From Thermoleophilia bacterium (GTDB lineage: Bacteria; Actinomycetota; Thermoleophilia; Solirubrobacterales; 70-9): a stretch of DNA of 55,611 nucleotides. The stretch spans positions 1-55,611 of the forward strand of contig JAENWU010000001.1 of NCBI GenBank assembly GCA_016649905.1, given 5' to 3'. The first letter of the stretch is position 1, and every line of letters starts with the position of its first letter. Both the position numbers and the translations under genes were made by a program. A model generated the notes under the pieces. The model was given only the letters and a program-made list of their open reading frames with translations. It did no database searches and was not told the DNA's origin. Positions 36,202-45,709 of the stretch are shown one piece after another.

Positions 36202-36513
36202 GTGAGCCCAAGAACGGAGTTCGAGCTTGTGCTCTCTGATTCGGCAATCGTCTATGCGCGGCTCGACACCGAGCACGGAGAGGCGACTCGCTACGCGGTC
36301 ACGCTGGTCGCCGAAGAGAACGGCGAGCTGCGGACGGTCCGGGTCTACGACAACGCTCACGGAGAGCCCGAGATGCACCGATACAGCCTCGACGGCGAGA
36401 AGCAGCCGGCAGAGAAGCTCCCAGGAGCCACGCCGTCAGAGGGGTTTAACATGGCCTTGGACCTGATTATGAGCGGCTATACGGAGATGATCGACGGATG
36501 GCGACGCGGGTAG
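36202..36513 (+). CDS. Hypothetical protein, first gene of an overlapping pair
   Basis: 103 aa. LRTVRVYDNAHGEPEMHRYS... is a beta-rich N-half followed by a helical tail. It is reminiscent of the DUF6516/TumE-type pattern (YDN..H...H.H), from memory only. Confidence 0.55.
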   Translation: MSPRTEFELVLSDSAIVYARLDTEHGEATRYAVTLVAEENGELRTVRVYDNAHGEPEMHRYSLDGEKQPAEKLPGATPSEGFNMALDLIMSGYTEMIDGWRRG

Positions 36514-36797
36514 ACAGCACTCATTCAAGCGAGGCTTCGGGCCTGGCCTTCGAGCGCTTTCGCGATGCCCTTGAGGGACGAGCCACCGGCTATCCCCGAG
36601 GCGCGATCTTCGTCCCTTCCGACGCGCCATACACGCAGAAGACGTTGCTGCGCGCATTGAGGGAGGGACAGCCGGCAGTTGTCGTCTTCCCTGACGGTCA
36701 AGAGCGCATCGTTCGCGGCGAGTCTCCCGAGTCTCCCGGCGGCAGCCACCTTGCCGCTGCCCGCGCCTGGCTCGCCGGGCGCGGTTCGCGCGCCTAG
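36498..36797 (+). CDS. Hypothetical protein, second gene of an overlapping pair
   Basis: 99 aa with a 16-nt overlap with the upstream ORF. No motif recognised. Confidence 0.45.
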   Translation: MATRVDSTHSSEASGLAFERFRDALEGRATGYPRGAIFVPSDAPYTQKTLLRALREGQPAVVVFPDGQERIVRGESPESPGGSHLAAARAWLAGRGSRA

Positions 36798-36826
36798 AGG
36801 TTCTGGCTTCTGCCATAAGCCATACC

Positions 36827-36932
36827 CGTCGTCTTATTCGTCGTCTCATTCTGAATGAAACGCAGCGAATGTAGGTGACGCTAAACGGCTCTAGAAAGCC
36901 GAATAGACCTGAGCAGACCATGCGTGCTGTTG
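36827..36932 (+). repeat. Island right-arm module, variant F
   Basis: Same tandem 12-mers as variant E, then CTGAAT, hairpin GGCTCT-AG-AAAGCC (36887-36900), GAATAGACC and CATGCGTGC, abutting att copy F. Confidence 0.7.
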
Positions 36933-36975
36933 CTCATAACCCGAAGGTCGCAGGTTCGAATCCTGCCCCCGCTAT
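36933..36975 (+). repeat. att-type direct repeat, copy F (distal end of the ladder)
   Basis: Perfect match to 19474-19516. Confidence 0.95.
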
Positions 36976-36983
36976 CTCAGGAA

Positions 36984-37013
36984 GGCCGCTTGTTAGCGGC
37001 TTTCCGCGTTTGT
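36984..37013 (+). terminator. Intrinsic terminator after att copy F
   Basis: GGCCGCT TGTT AGCGGCT followed by TTCCGCGTTTGT. This is a third hairpin variant after a tRNA 3' half. Confidence 0.55.
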
Positions 37014-37161
37014 GGGGGAGCGGGTTGTCGACGAGGTCGACCAGGTCGTAGTGCGCCGTCGTTCGCTCTTCGGCCTTTGCCGCGACCCAGTCCGCGACGT
37101 CTTTGCCTTTGCGCCCGGGGCGCGTGCTGCCGAGGATGATGGCGATCCTGAGGTCAGACAC
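37010..37161 (-). pseudogene. NADPH-dependent FMN reductase N-terminal fragment
   Basis: GTG 37161 follows AAAGGA. (V)SDLRIAIILGSTRPGRKGKDVADWVAAKAEERTTAHYDLVDLVDNPLPH, then homology stops at the terminator/att junction. Confidence 0.65.
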
Positions 37162-37301
37162 GGAAATCCTTTTCGCTGAGTTGCTACGTTTTCGGGACTT
37201 AAACGGACCAGTAGTCCGCTTAGATCGACGGCCGCGACTCGCTTGAGCCATGTGCGCACTGCCGGGTACGGCTCGAGGTCGCAGCCGCCCTCGGGCGCCA
37301 C

Positions 37302-39302
37302 GTGGGTATAGGCGTAGAGCGCGATGGCGATCTCGTACTAGTGTGCGTGACCTTGCAGGGGCGAGCCTCACGTTACGCGGCGGCGATCGAACAGGTTTTG
37401 GACCGGGCGCGGCATTTCTTAGGACGCCACCCGATTCCGCCCTGGGCGGTCGGCCTGGCGGTCGGGATCTTCACTTGGCAGCTCTTCTTCACCGGACCGA
37501 CCACCGGGGTGGACGGGAGCTGGATCGGCGGCCTCTACATGGCCGCGCACGACGGTCGCGATTTCGGTACCGACATCGTCTTCTCATACGGGCCGCTCGG
37601 CTTCCTCGCCTTCCCGGCACTCTGGTACAGCGGCCTCGCGGTGGTCTCATTCCTCTACGGGTCGGCGATCTACCTGATCTTCGCGGCAACCCTGGTGTGG
37701 GTCCTCCGTCGCAGCCTGGGCAAGCTGGGCGGGGCCGCGATCGCGTTTGCGTTCCTTGCGACCTTCCCCACCGTCGAGCAACTCCCGCTCGTCCTCGCCG
37801 TCGCCTGGGCTTTGATGGCGTTGCACGGCGACCGGTCACGCTTCGCCGTGAACCTCGTCATCTTCGGTGGAGCCACGCTGGCCGCTGTCGAGTGCCTGGT
37901 GAAGTTGTCCGTCGGCCCGCCGATCTTCCTGGCATTCGTGATCGCGCTCGCCGGAGCTCGCGCGACCAAGCGCCAGTGGCTCGCGTTCGTCGGCCTCTTC
38001 TTCGCCGAGCTGATTCTGCTCTGGCTGGTCATGGGCCAGGCGCTGCCCGATCTCCCGGACTACTTCGTCAACGGCGAGCAGGTGGCGTCCGGCTACAACG
38101 AAGCGATGCGCATCAACATGGCCGCCGGCTGGGAGGCCGTGGCGGCGGTGCTGGGGGGGATCCTTGTCACCTTGGGGGCGGCGTTCGGGGGTTCCTATCG
38201 CGACAGTCGCGCCCGCTGGTGTGCGGTCGGCCTGGTCGGACTCGCCTCGTTCGTGGTCTACAAGTACGGGGTCGTTCGCTTCGAGCCCAACCACATGGCG
38301 ATCGCGATGTCCACCCTGCTCGGCTTTTGGCTCGTGCTTCCCTGGTCGCGGCGACGGGTCGCGCTTCAACTCTGCGGCTTGGCGGCGATCGGATTCGTCG
38401 CCCTCCACTCCTATCCGAACCCGGCTCGGCTCGACGTGATCGAGAACGTGACCGCCCTTGGCGAACAGGTCGGAACCCTCTTCAGCCCGGCGGAACGAAA
38501 CCAGATCACCGCCGACGCCAGGGAGGCGATGAAGGAAACGTATGACCTCGACCCCCGCACGCTCCGGCTGCTCGACGGCCGGCGCGTGGACGTCGACCCC
38601 TGGGAGGTCGCCGTCGCCTGGGCATACCCGCTGAACTGGTCGCCCCTGCCCGTGTTCCAGAACTACACCGCGTACACCTCGAGGCTGGACGATCTCAATG
38701 CCTCCGTGGTCGAAGATCCGCGAGGCCCCGAACTGATCCTGCGCTCCGTCGTCCGCAGTTTCGAAGAACGGCACCCGGCCTGGGATCCGCCCGACCAGAA
38801 CCTCGCGGTGTTCTGCAACTTCACTCCCCAGCGAGCGACGGCGCAGTGGCAGGTGCTTCGCCGGACCGGGGATCGGTGCGGGGAGCCGAGGTTCATCAAC
38901 GAGGTGGTCGGAGGGCCGGGCACCGTGGTCGCGGTGCCGCAGGCCAAGCGAGGAGAGCTGGTCATCCTTCGAATCCAGGGAGTCGAGCCGAGCGGCCTCG
39001 GCAAGCTGCGCTCGTTGTTGTGGCGCCCCCGTTTGGTCTACGCGTACCTGAACGACGGCGAGGTGAAATACCGACTCGTTCCCGGCACGGCCGATGACGA
39101 TCTGGTCGTCTCGCCCGGGCCCGGCCTCGACGCGGGTGGGGTGTTCGCCCAGCTGCCGGCCGTGGTGAACATTCGGCTCGAGGGCATCGGGGATGTCCGC
39201 TACGACTTCTACCGCGTCAAGGTGTGGTCGCCGCGGGAGACCCGGCTAGCCCAGCTTGACGTTGACCTTCTCACCGGAAGGTCGGACCGAATACGTCGTT
39301 GA
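37302..39302 (+). CDS. Polytopic membrane protein with soluble C-terminal domain, hypothetical
   Basis: 666 aa with about 12 hydrophobic helices over 37430-38420, then a roughly 290-aa soluble part. The start is uncertain because the first about 30 codons contain rare codons (cta, tta). Confidence 0.6.
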   Translation: MGIGVERDGDLVLVCVTLQGRASRYAAAIEQVLDRARHFLGRHPIPPWAVGLAVGIFTWQLFFTGPTTGVDGSWIGGLYMAAHDGRDFGTDIVFSYGPLGFLAFPALWYSGLAVVSFLYGSAIYLIFAATLVWVLRRSLGKLGGAAIAFAFLATFPTVEQLPLVLAVAWALMALHGDRSRFAVNLVIFGGATLAAVECLVKLSVGPPIFLAFVIALAGARATKRQWLAFVGLFFAELILLWLVMGQALPDLPDYFVNGEQVASGYNEAMRINMAAGWEAVAAVLGGILVTLGAAFGGSYRDSRARWCAVGLVGLASFVVYKYGVVRFEPNHMAIAMSTLLGFWLVLPWSRRRVALQLCGLAAIGFVALHSYPNPARLDVIENVTALGEQVGTLFSPAERNQITADAREAMKETYDLDPRTLRLLDGRRVDVDPWEVAVAWAYPLNWSPLPVFQNYTAYTSRLDDLNASVVEDPRGPELILRSVVRSFEERHPAWDPPDQNLAVFCNFTPQRATAQWQVLRRTGDRCGEPRFINEVVGGPGTVVAVPQAKRGELVILRIQGVEPSGLGKLRSLLWRPRLVYAYLNDGEVKYRLVPGTADDDLVVSPGPGLDAGGVFAQLPAVVNIRLEGIGDVRYDFYRVKVWSPRETRLAQLDVDLLTGRSDRIRR

Positions 39303-39542
39303 GGCGGATCACGAGACCGCGAGCATCTCGAGGCTTTCTTGGCGACGAGTGGGGGGCGTCGCGGACGAATCTCTGACTCGCGCGCAGGCGCGGCTCAAGG
39401 TGGCGACCGATGCGGCCAGCCAGGCCAGGCGCACGTACTCCCAGATGCTTGGGGAAGCTTCGATCTGATGCTCGAGCGCGGGGATCGATAAGGCGAGCTC
39501 GCGCGTAGAGGGGTATGCGTCCCTGGCGTCGAAACCCCCGTC

Positions 39543-39905
39543 GTGCGCTCGATCGTTCGTCATCTCAGTTACGCCAACGTGATCTCGACGCTCTGCCTGT
39601 TCGTCCTGCTCGGCGGCGGCGCCTACGCGGCGACCCAGCTGCCGGCCAAGAGCGTCGGAACCAGGCAGCTGAAGGCGGGCGCGGTGACTGGCGTCAAAAT
39701 CAAGGACGGGACGATCACCGGCGCCAAGGTGGACAGCAGGACGCTCGGGATCGTGCCGGCGGCGCTCAGCGCCGATCGGGCCACGAGTGCGGCCACCGCG
39801 GATCGGGCGACCGTCGCCACCAAAGCCGATCTGGCGACCAAAGCCGACCAGGCCACGAACGCCGACAAATTCGGTGGCAGTCTGCCGAGCGCTATCGCGG
39901 TCTAG
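39543..39905 (+). CDS. Secreted/anchored repeat protein, hypothetical
   Basis: 120 aa with a signal/anchor VISTLCLFVLLGGGAYAA. Repeats are KAGAVTGVKIKDGTITGAKV and ADRATSAATADRATVATKADLATKADQATNADK. Confidence 0.55.
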   Translation: MRSIVRHLSYANVISTLCLFVLLGGGAYAATQLPAKSVGTRQLKAGAVTGVKIKDGTITGAKVDSRTLGIVPAALSADRATSAATADRATVATKADLATKADQATNADKFGGSLPSAIAV

Positions 39906-39930
39906 GGGTTCGGTGGCCCGCGATCGGCGG

Positions 39931-40812
39931 ATGGCCGAGCTCGTCGACCCCGAGGCCGAGTTCGAGATCCTCGGGACCGGGTTCGCTTCGACCGAGGGCC
40001 CGGTCTGGGTGCCGGATCCCGGCTACCTCCTCTTCTCCGAGATCCGCGCCGATCGACGCCAGCGCTGGGACGAGGACGGAGTCCGGGAGGTTGCGCACCC
40101 CTGCGCGAAAGGCGTCGGTATGACTTTGGACGCAAGTGGGCGCCTACTGGTCTGCGAGCACGTGACGAACTCGATCGTGCGCATGGACGCAGCCGGCACC
40201 GGCGCCGGTCGCGAAGTGCTGGCGTCGCACTATGGCGAGCTGGAGCTGAACAGCCCGAACGATGTGGTGGTGAGGGCCGACGGGTCGATCTGGTTCACCG
40301 ACCCGCCCGGCGGTCGCACGGCCGCGATGGGCGTCGAGCGCTCGCCCGAGCTCGATTTCCAGGGGGTCTTCCGGCTGCGCGACGACGGGGCGCTCGACCT
40401 GATCGCCGACGACTTCGAGCTTCCCAACGGCCTCTGCTTCTCGCCGGACGAATCGCGCCTGTACGTCAACGACACCTACCGCGCGCAGATCCGGGTCTTC
40501 GAGCTCGGCGCCGACGGCAGCGTCACCGGCCAGGGGATCTTCGCGGAGGGCATCGCCCTGGGTCCCGGTGCGGTCGGGTGGCTGGACGGCATGAAGTGCG
40601 ATGAGCAGGGCAACGTCTGGGTCACCGGCCCGCGCGGCCTCTGGGTCTTCGACGGCGAGGGCGGCCACCTCGGCATCGTGCGCACGCCCCAGCCTGTCCT
40701 CAACTTCCACTGGGGCGGGGCCGATTGGAGCACGCTTTACATGGCTGGCGAAACCGCAGTTTTCCGCCTTCCCACGCGGACGGCTGGGCGGCGCGAGCCC
40801 TTCATGCGCTGA
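39931..40812 (+). CDS. SMP-30/gluconolactonase/LRE-family protein
   Basis: STEGPVW, LLFSEI, NSPNDVVVRADGSIWFTDP and PNGLCFSPDESRLYVNDT. ATG 39931 is chosen over the longer Arg-rich extension. Confidence 0.85.
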   Translation: MAELVDPEAEFEILGTGFASTEGPVWVPDPGYLLFSEIRADRRQRWDEDGVREVAHPCAKGVGMTLDASGRLLVCEHVTNSIVRMDAAGTGAGREVLASHYGELELNSPNDVVVRADGSIWFTDPPGGRTAAMGVERSPELDFQGVFRLRDDGALDLIADDFELPNGLCFSPDESRLYVNDTYRAQIRVFELGADGSVTGQGIFAEGIALGPGAVGWLDGMKCDEQGNVWVTGPRGLWVFDGEGGHLGIVRTPQPVLNFHWGGADWSTLYMAGETAVFRLPTRTAGRREPFMR

Positions 40813-40830
40813 GTCCCGAGGCCGGCCGCG

Positions 40831-42240
40831 CTAGGAGCCGAGCTCGAGTCCCGCGGAGGCGCTGGGGGACTCCGCCGCGACCTCCCTGGCGACCGCGGTG
40901 AGCTCGGAGCCGATCTGCTGCCAGGCGTAGCGGCCGACGACGTCGCCGCGGGCGCGCTGGCCGCGGAGGCGGCGGTCGGCGGGATCGTTGACCGCCGCGA
41001 CCATCGCCTCCACAAGCGCCTCGGTGTCGTCGGGCGGGATCAGCCAGCCGGTGTCGGGATCGTCGACGATCTCCGACGGGCCGCCCCGGTCGACCGCGAT
41101 CACGGGCAGTTCGCAGGCCATCGCCTCGACCAGGACTTGGCCGAACTGCTCGTGGACGGAGGCGTGGACGAGCAGGTCCGCGGAGCGCAGGAAGTCGGGC
41201 AGGTCGTCATGCGAGTGCCAGCCGGCTAGGAAGACGTCGGGACAGCCGAGGCGCTCGACCGTCTCGATCGGGTGCTCGCCCTCCCACTCGCCGGGGTGGC
41301 CGCCGACCAGGACCAGGGCGGCGGCTTCGCGGAAGCGCGGACGGGCGAGCGCGAATGCTTCGATCAGCAGGGCCAGGCGCTTGACCTCGGTAAAGCGGCC
41401 GACGTAGAGCAGCACGGTGCCGTCGAGGGCCTTCAGGTCGCCCTCCTCATAAGCGACGCTGCCCGGGGGCGACCCGGGCCGCCATCCGCGTGGGTCCTCG
41501 ACCAGGTGCTGCCGCCAGTGGGCGCGGCGGTCGGTCCGCCGCGGGACGAAGCTCTGGTCGAAGCCGTTGGGGGCGCAGACGAAGCGCTCCGGGTCGAGGT
41601 CCAGGGCCGCGGCGCCGCGGGCGAGGCCGTCGGGATTGCTGACGACGATCCGGTCGCATCGCTCCGCCCAGCCGCAGATCCGCTCGGCCCAGGCGGCGGC
41701 GTGGGCCCACCCCGCCGGGGCGCCCGCGGCGATCCGTTCGAGCATCAGCAGCTCGGTCCCGTGGATGTGGCCGAGCACCGGCAGGCCGGGGAAGGCGCGA
41801 GCGGCCGCCTCGTTGAGAGGGGTCAGGTGGTGCAGGTAGAGGAGGTCGGCCTCCGCGGCGCCGGCCAGGTGCAGCTCTCGTTCCCAGGTGGCGACCTGGA
41901 GCTCGTAGGCGGCGTCGTCGATGCTGGCGAGGACGGGATCCTCGGCGCCAGGGCGATCCTCGTAGGAACCGTGCATCGGCGCCGTTCCGGCCGGCCCGGA
42001 ATAGCGCAGGGGATCGGGGCTCTGCAGCGCCGGAGTGAAATCGACGCCGTGCACATTCAGGCGGGAGTAGAAGCTGCTCGCCAGCGCCAGGTCGCCGAGG
42101 TCCGAGCGGGAGCCGGAGAGGACGCTCACCTCGAAGTCGTTGCGCTCGAACTCGCGCGCCACTGCCCGGCAGACGTGGGCGGAACCGCCGCGAGGAAAGA
42201 AGTAGATACCCATCAGCACTTTGTTCGCGATAACGGGCAT
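40831..42240 (-). CDS. Family-4 (GT-B) glycosyltransferase
   Basis: LLYVGRFTEVKR..., the E-x7-E region VHEQFGQVLVEAMACELPVIAV, and GGPSEIVDD. Confidence 0.8.
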   Translation of the reverse strand: MPVIANKVLMGIYFFPRGGSAHVCRAVAREFERNDFEVSVLSGSRSDLGDLALASSFYSRLNVHGVDFTPALQSPDPLRYSGPAGTAPMHGSYEDRPGAEDPVLASIDDAAYELQVATWERELHLAGAAEADLLYLHHLTPLNEAAARAFPGLPVLGHIHGTELLMLERIAAGAPAGWAHAAAWAERICGWAERCDRIVVSNPDGLARGAAALDLDPERFVCAPNGFDQSFVPRRTDRRAHWRQHLVEDPRGWRPGSPPGSVAYEEGDLKALDGTVLLYVGRFTEVKRLALLIEAFALARPRFREAAALVLVGGHPGEWEGEHPIETVERLGCPDVFLAGWHSHDDLPDFLRSADLLVHASVHEQFGQVLVEAMACELPVIAVDRGGPSEIVDDPDTGWLIPPDDTEALVEAMVAAVNDPADRRLRGQRARGDVVGRYAWQQIGSELTAVAREVAAESPSASAGLELGS

Positions 42241-42282
42241 GCAACCGAGAGTACTCGGTGTCGTGCGCAGCCTCGTTCGGGG

Positions 42283-43056
42283 TCAGCGGGCGAAGAACCG
42301 AAGTGCGGTGGCGACCTCGCGGCCGCCGACCAGCTCCCTGCCGTGCTCCTCCCGAGGGGTATTGACGAGCAGCCCGTCGACCACGAGCGAGGCCGAGCCG
42401 CCGCCATCGAGGTTGATCGCGGAGCTGGCGCCGAGGCCGAGCATCGCCGCCGCCAGCTCGGCCATGCTGAGGCCGGCCTCGTCGTCGGCGCGGCCCTCGC
42501 TGACGACCGCGATCAGTTCGGTGTCGGTGATGCCGAGAGCGGCGCGCGGGTAGCGGCCCTCGGTGATGTCGGAGTCGAACTGGCTCGAACCGGCCGAGAA
42601 GCCCTCGAGGTCCTCGCCCGGGTGGATCAGCGAGCGTCCGCCGGCGACGAGCATCGGTCCTGCTTGCAGCAGGTCCCCCGGGGGCTCGGCGGGCAGGTCA
42701 CGTCGCCACGCCAGGGCAACTTCTCCGTCGTCGGCGTGGACGCAGGCCCGCAGCTCCCCCCACGGTGAATCGAATGCCTGGGTGGGGAGGGAGCTGCCGC
42801 CGATCCGCAGGTCGCCCAGCGGGGGACCGCCCGGCCGCATGTAGAAGCCGCCGACGATCACGTGCTCGGCCCCGTGCGCCGCGCACCAGTCCAGCACCGT
42901 GGAGCAGGGCTCGATCGCGACGACCCGGATCCCGAATTGGGCGTGGTCGAAGCGGGCCACCCGGATCGTGGTCGCGCCGCCGCCCGCCATGGTCAGCCTT
43001 ACGCTCTCCAGGGCGAGGACGGTGGATCGGCTGGGGGAGAAGGTGGGTGGGCGCAT
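42283..43056 (-). CDS. Phosphodiester glycosidase (DUF2233/NAGPA-like) family protein
   Basis: VIVGGFYMRPGG..., AALGITDTELIAVV..., AINLDGGGSASLVVDG. Confidence 0.7.
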   Translation of the reverse strand: MRPPTFSPSRSTVLALESVRLTMAGGGATTIRVARFDHAQFGIRVVAIEPCSTVLDWCAAHGAEHVIVGGFYMRPGGPPLGDLRIGGSSLPTQAFDSPWGELRACVHADDGEVALAWRRDLPAEPPGDLLQAGPMLVAGGRSLIHPGEDLEGFSAGSSQFDSDITEGRYPRAALGITDTELIAVVSEGRADDEAGLSMAELAAAMLGLGASSAINLDGGGSASLVVDGLLVNTPREEHGRELVGGREVATALRFFAR

Positions 43057-43348
43057 GGTTCGGTTCGCCTGCGTTCCCGCACATGCAACAGCATCTCCGG
43101 GACGTACTTGTTGTCATTTCGCGGGATCTTCGCGAGCTCCGTCTGCATCCGCCGCAGAGGGGCGCTGCCGCAACTTTCCCTGAGCCCACCGGTTTGGAGC
43201 TGGCAGAAAACGGTCCCAATTCCCCTCGTCGATCGAGGGGCGGGCAGGGGACAAGAACAGGGGAGAACAAGGTCAAACAACAGTCGCCGGTGCCGAGAAA
43301 AGTGCTCGCGCCAGGCGCCAAGGTAAAGATCACCCTGGGCTAGCTGCC

Positions 43349-44755
43349 TTACTCGATCCCCTCCTGTTTGCCCGAGGGCATGAGGACGCGGGCGGCGATG
43401 TAGCCGATGCCGAGCATGGCCGCCCCGACGTAGAAGGCGGTCTCCATGGCGGCCGCGAAGTTGCCCGGTCCTGCGGCGCCGCTGAGGTCGGTGGCGCCGG
43501 CGACGATGGTCCCCATGATCGCCATCCCGACCGCCGAACCGAAGTTGCGGAAGGTCTGGATCACGCCGGAGCCCTGGCCGCGCATTGCGTCCGGCAGGCG
43601 GTTGAGCGCGTCGGTGTTGAGCGGCGAGAAGACGAAGCCGAAGCCGGCCCCGGTCAAGAGCATCCCGATCAGCGTTTCCGGATGGCTGAGTTCGGAGAGC
43701 TCGCCGGCCCAGACGATCATCCCGATCGTGCCGAGGAGGAACCCGATCGAGACCGGTTTCTTGGCTCCGTACTTGTCCATCCAGCCGCCGCCGATCCGCG
43801 CGGCGACGAAGAAGGAATAGAACATCGTCAGGATCGAGAAGCCGGCCTGGGTCGGTTCCTGGCCGACCGCCACCTGGAAGTACATGCTGCCGAAGAAGAA
43901 GACGGCCAGCCAGGGGCCGAAGGCGAGGAAGGTGAGCAGGTTGTCGACCGCGAAGGGCCGGTTGGCGATCATCGCGTTGACGTCGATCAACGGGTCCTCG
44001 GTTTTGCGCTCGACCGCGACGAAGGCGGCGAGGACGGCGATCCCCGCGATGATCGAGCCGATCGTCGCGGGGCTGTCCCAACCCCATTCGGTCGATTGCT
44101 GGATGCCGAGCACGGTCAGGCTCATCCCGATCACGATCAGCACGGCGCCGCGGACGTCCAGACGCGAGGGTCGTTTGACGTCGTTGAGCTTGGCGAAGCG
44201 GAACTCGATCAGCGCCAGCAGTGCGACCGGGACGTTGATCCAGAAGATCGCCCGCCAGGTCCAGAACTCGGTCAGGTAGGAGCCGGCGATCGGGCCGATC
44301 GCGGTGAATAGGCCGGTGACGATGAAGAAAATCGCCAGGCCTTTGCCGCGCTCGGTGCCGGGGAAGGCGTCGAGGACCAGCACCGTCGCCGAGGGGATCA
44401 GCATCCCGGCGCCGACTCCCTGCAGGACGCGGAAGGCGATCAGCCAGGGGACCGAGATGCCGGCGCTGTCGGGGACCAGCCCGCACATCAGCGAGGCGGC
44501 GGCGAAGAGGATGACGCCGGAGACGACGATCCGGCGGTGCCCGAAGATGTCCCCGAGCCTGCCCCCGAGGGCGACGAAGGCGGCGGTGGAGAGCGCGTAG
44601 GCGGTGACCAGCCACTGCACGGCGGTCTCGGAGAGGTGCAGGTCACTCTGGATCGTCGTCGCCGAGATGCTGACGATCGTGAAGTCGATCATCACCATCG
44701 CCATCGCTGGGACGAGTGGCCAGAGGACGCGGTAGCGCTGGTATTCCGTCGGCAT
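43349..44755 (-). CDS. MFS transporter, DHA2 (EmrB/QacA-like, 14 TMS)
   Basis: Start at MPTEYQRYRVLW. Motif A is GGRLGDIFGHRR. Multiple TM helices span 468 aa. The longer upstream extension of the ORF is Arg/Ser-rich. Confidence 0.85.
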   Translation of the reverse strand: MPTEYQRYRVLWPLVPAMAMVMIDFTIVSISATTIQSDLHLSETAVQWLVTAYALSTAAFVALGGRLGDIFGHRRIVVSGVILFAAASLMCGLVPDSAGISVPWLIAFRVLQGVGAGMLIPSATVLVLDAFPGTERGKGLAIFFIVTGLFTAIGPIAGSYLTEFWTWRAIFWINVPVALLALIEFRFAKLNDVKRPSRLDVRGAVLIVIGMSLTVLGIQQSTEWGWDSPATIGSIIAGIAVLAAFVAVERKTEDPLIDVNAMIANRPFAVDNLLTFLAFGPWLAVFFFGSMYFQVAVGQEPTQAGFSILTMFYSFFVAARIGGGWMDKYGAKKPVSIGFLLGTIGMIVWAGELSELSHPETLIGMLLTGAGFGFVFSPLNTDALNRLPDAMRGQGSGVIQTFRNFGSAVGMAIMGTIVAGATDLSGAAGPGNFAAAMETAFYVGAAMLGIGYIAARVLMPSGKQEGIE

Positions 44756-44840
44756 GTTCAGGTCCTCGAGGTGGGGGTGGACTCGACGCGCAGGAACTCT
44801 ACGCTGCGGTTCGGAGACTGCCCCTGCGTAGGATCGAGCG

Positions 44841-45584
44841 ATGCCCAGCGGTCTCGACGGTCCCCTCGCCCACGACCTCCCTGCTCGCTTCAACTTTCGC
44901 GACCTCGGCGGGTTTGAGGCCGAGCGGGCCGCCCGCTTGGCCTGGGGGCGCCTGTACCGCGGCGCCAGCCTGCACCACCTCGACCCGGACGAGCTGGAGC
45001 GCTTCGAAGCGCTCGGGATGAGGACGGTCGTCGACCTGCGAACCCCGTCCGAGTTCGGCGACGTCAGCGCGCCGCCGCTGCCGGCCCTGGCCGCCCGCAG
45101 CCTGCCGATGTTCAGGCGGCTCCCCGACTTCCCCAAAGAGCCGGGCGACCCCAGTGCACTGATGTCGGATCTATATATGTCGATGCTCGAGAGCGGTGCC
45201 GCGACGATCGCGGCTGTGCTCGAGCTGCTCGCCGCCGAGGACAGCTACCCGCTGGCCTTCTACTGCGCCGCCGGCAAGGATCGGACAGGGGTGATGAGCG
45301 CGATTGTCTTCGAGCTGCTCGGCGTGCCTCGCGAGCAGATCGTCCGCGACTACGCGCTCAGCGACGCTCCGGTCGAGTCCTTGCGGAGTTGGATCGCCGA
45401 GAACGACCCCGAGCGCCACGACCCGGTCCCGGCCGGCATCTATCGGGCCCCGGCGGCGACGATGCGGAGCTTCCTCGGCCGGCTCGACGAGCGCTACGGC
45501 TCGGTGCGTGGCTACCTGCACGAGATCGGCGTTCCTGGCTCCACCGACGCCGCCGTCGAGCGCAACCTGCTCGTCCGCGCCTAG
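44841..45584 (+). CDS. Protein-tyrosine phosphatase-like protein (CX5R P-loop)
   Basis: NFRDLGG... and FYCAAGKDRTGV (CxxGxxR). Confidence 0.8.
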   Translation: MPSGLDGPLAHDLPARFNFRDLGGFEAERAARLAWGRLYRGASLHHLDPDELERFEALGMRTVVDLRTPSEFGDVSAPPLPALAARSLPMFRRLPDFPKEPGDPSALMSDLYMSMLESGAATIAAVLELLAAEDSYPLAFYCAAGKDRTGVMSAIVFELLGVPREQIVRDYALSDAPVESLRSWIAENDPERHDPVPAGIYRAPAATMRSFLGRLDERYGSVRGYLHEIGVPGSTDAAVERNLLVRA

Positions 45585-45709
45585 CTCGCCCCATACTCCT
45601 TGTAGGGGTGCCCACCCAGCTTCACCGCATCGAAGCCGGTTACGGTCAAAGCACCGCCGCAGAAGCACAAGCCGCGCGGGACGAGGTGACCATCTCGTAA
45701 ATTAGTCGC

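Larger units (their letters stand above)
19516..36975. mobile_element. Ladder of five tandem, decayed integrative islands at tRNA-fMet
   Basis: The region is delimited and subdivided by six perfect, co-oriented 43-nt copies of the tRNA 3' half. The segments are 19516-23776, 23820-24849, 24893-30704, 30748-35986 and 36030-36932. Only recombinase fragments are present. The content is A/T-richer by eye and dominated by TA/Abi-like pairs and gene fragments. Confidence 0.8.

Noticed and set aside
43057-43348. 290-nt leader between the MFS transporter and the phosphodiester glycosidase as a possible riboswitch
   Set aside because: It contains one hairpin (CCCCTCG ATCGA CGAGGGG), but I could not recognise any riboswitch core. 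The evidence is insufficient.
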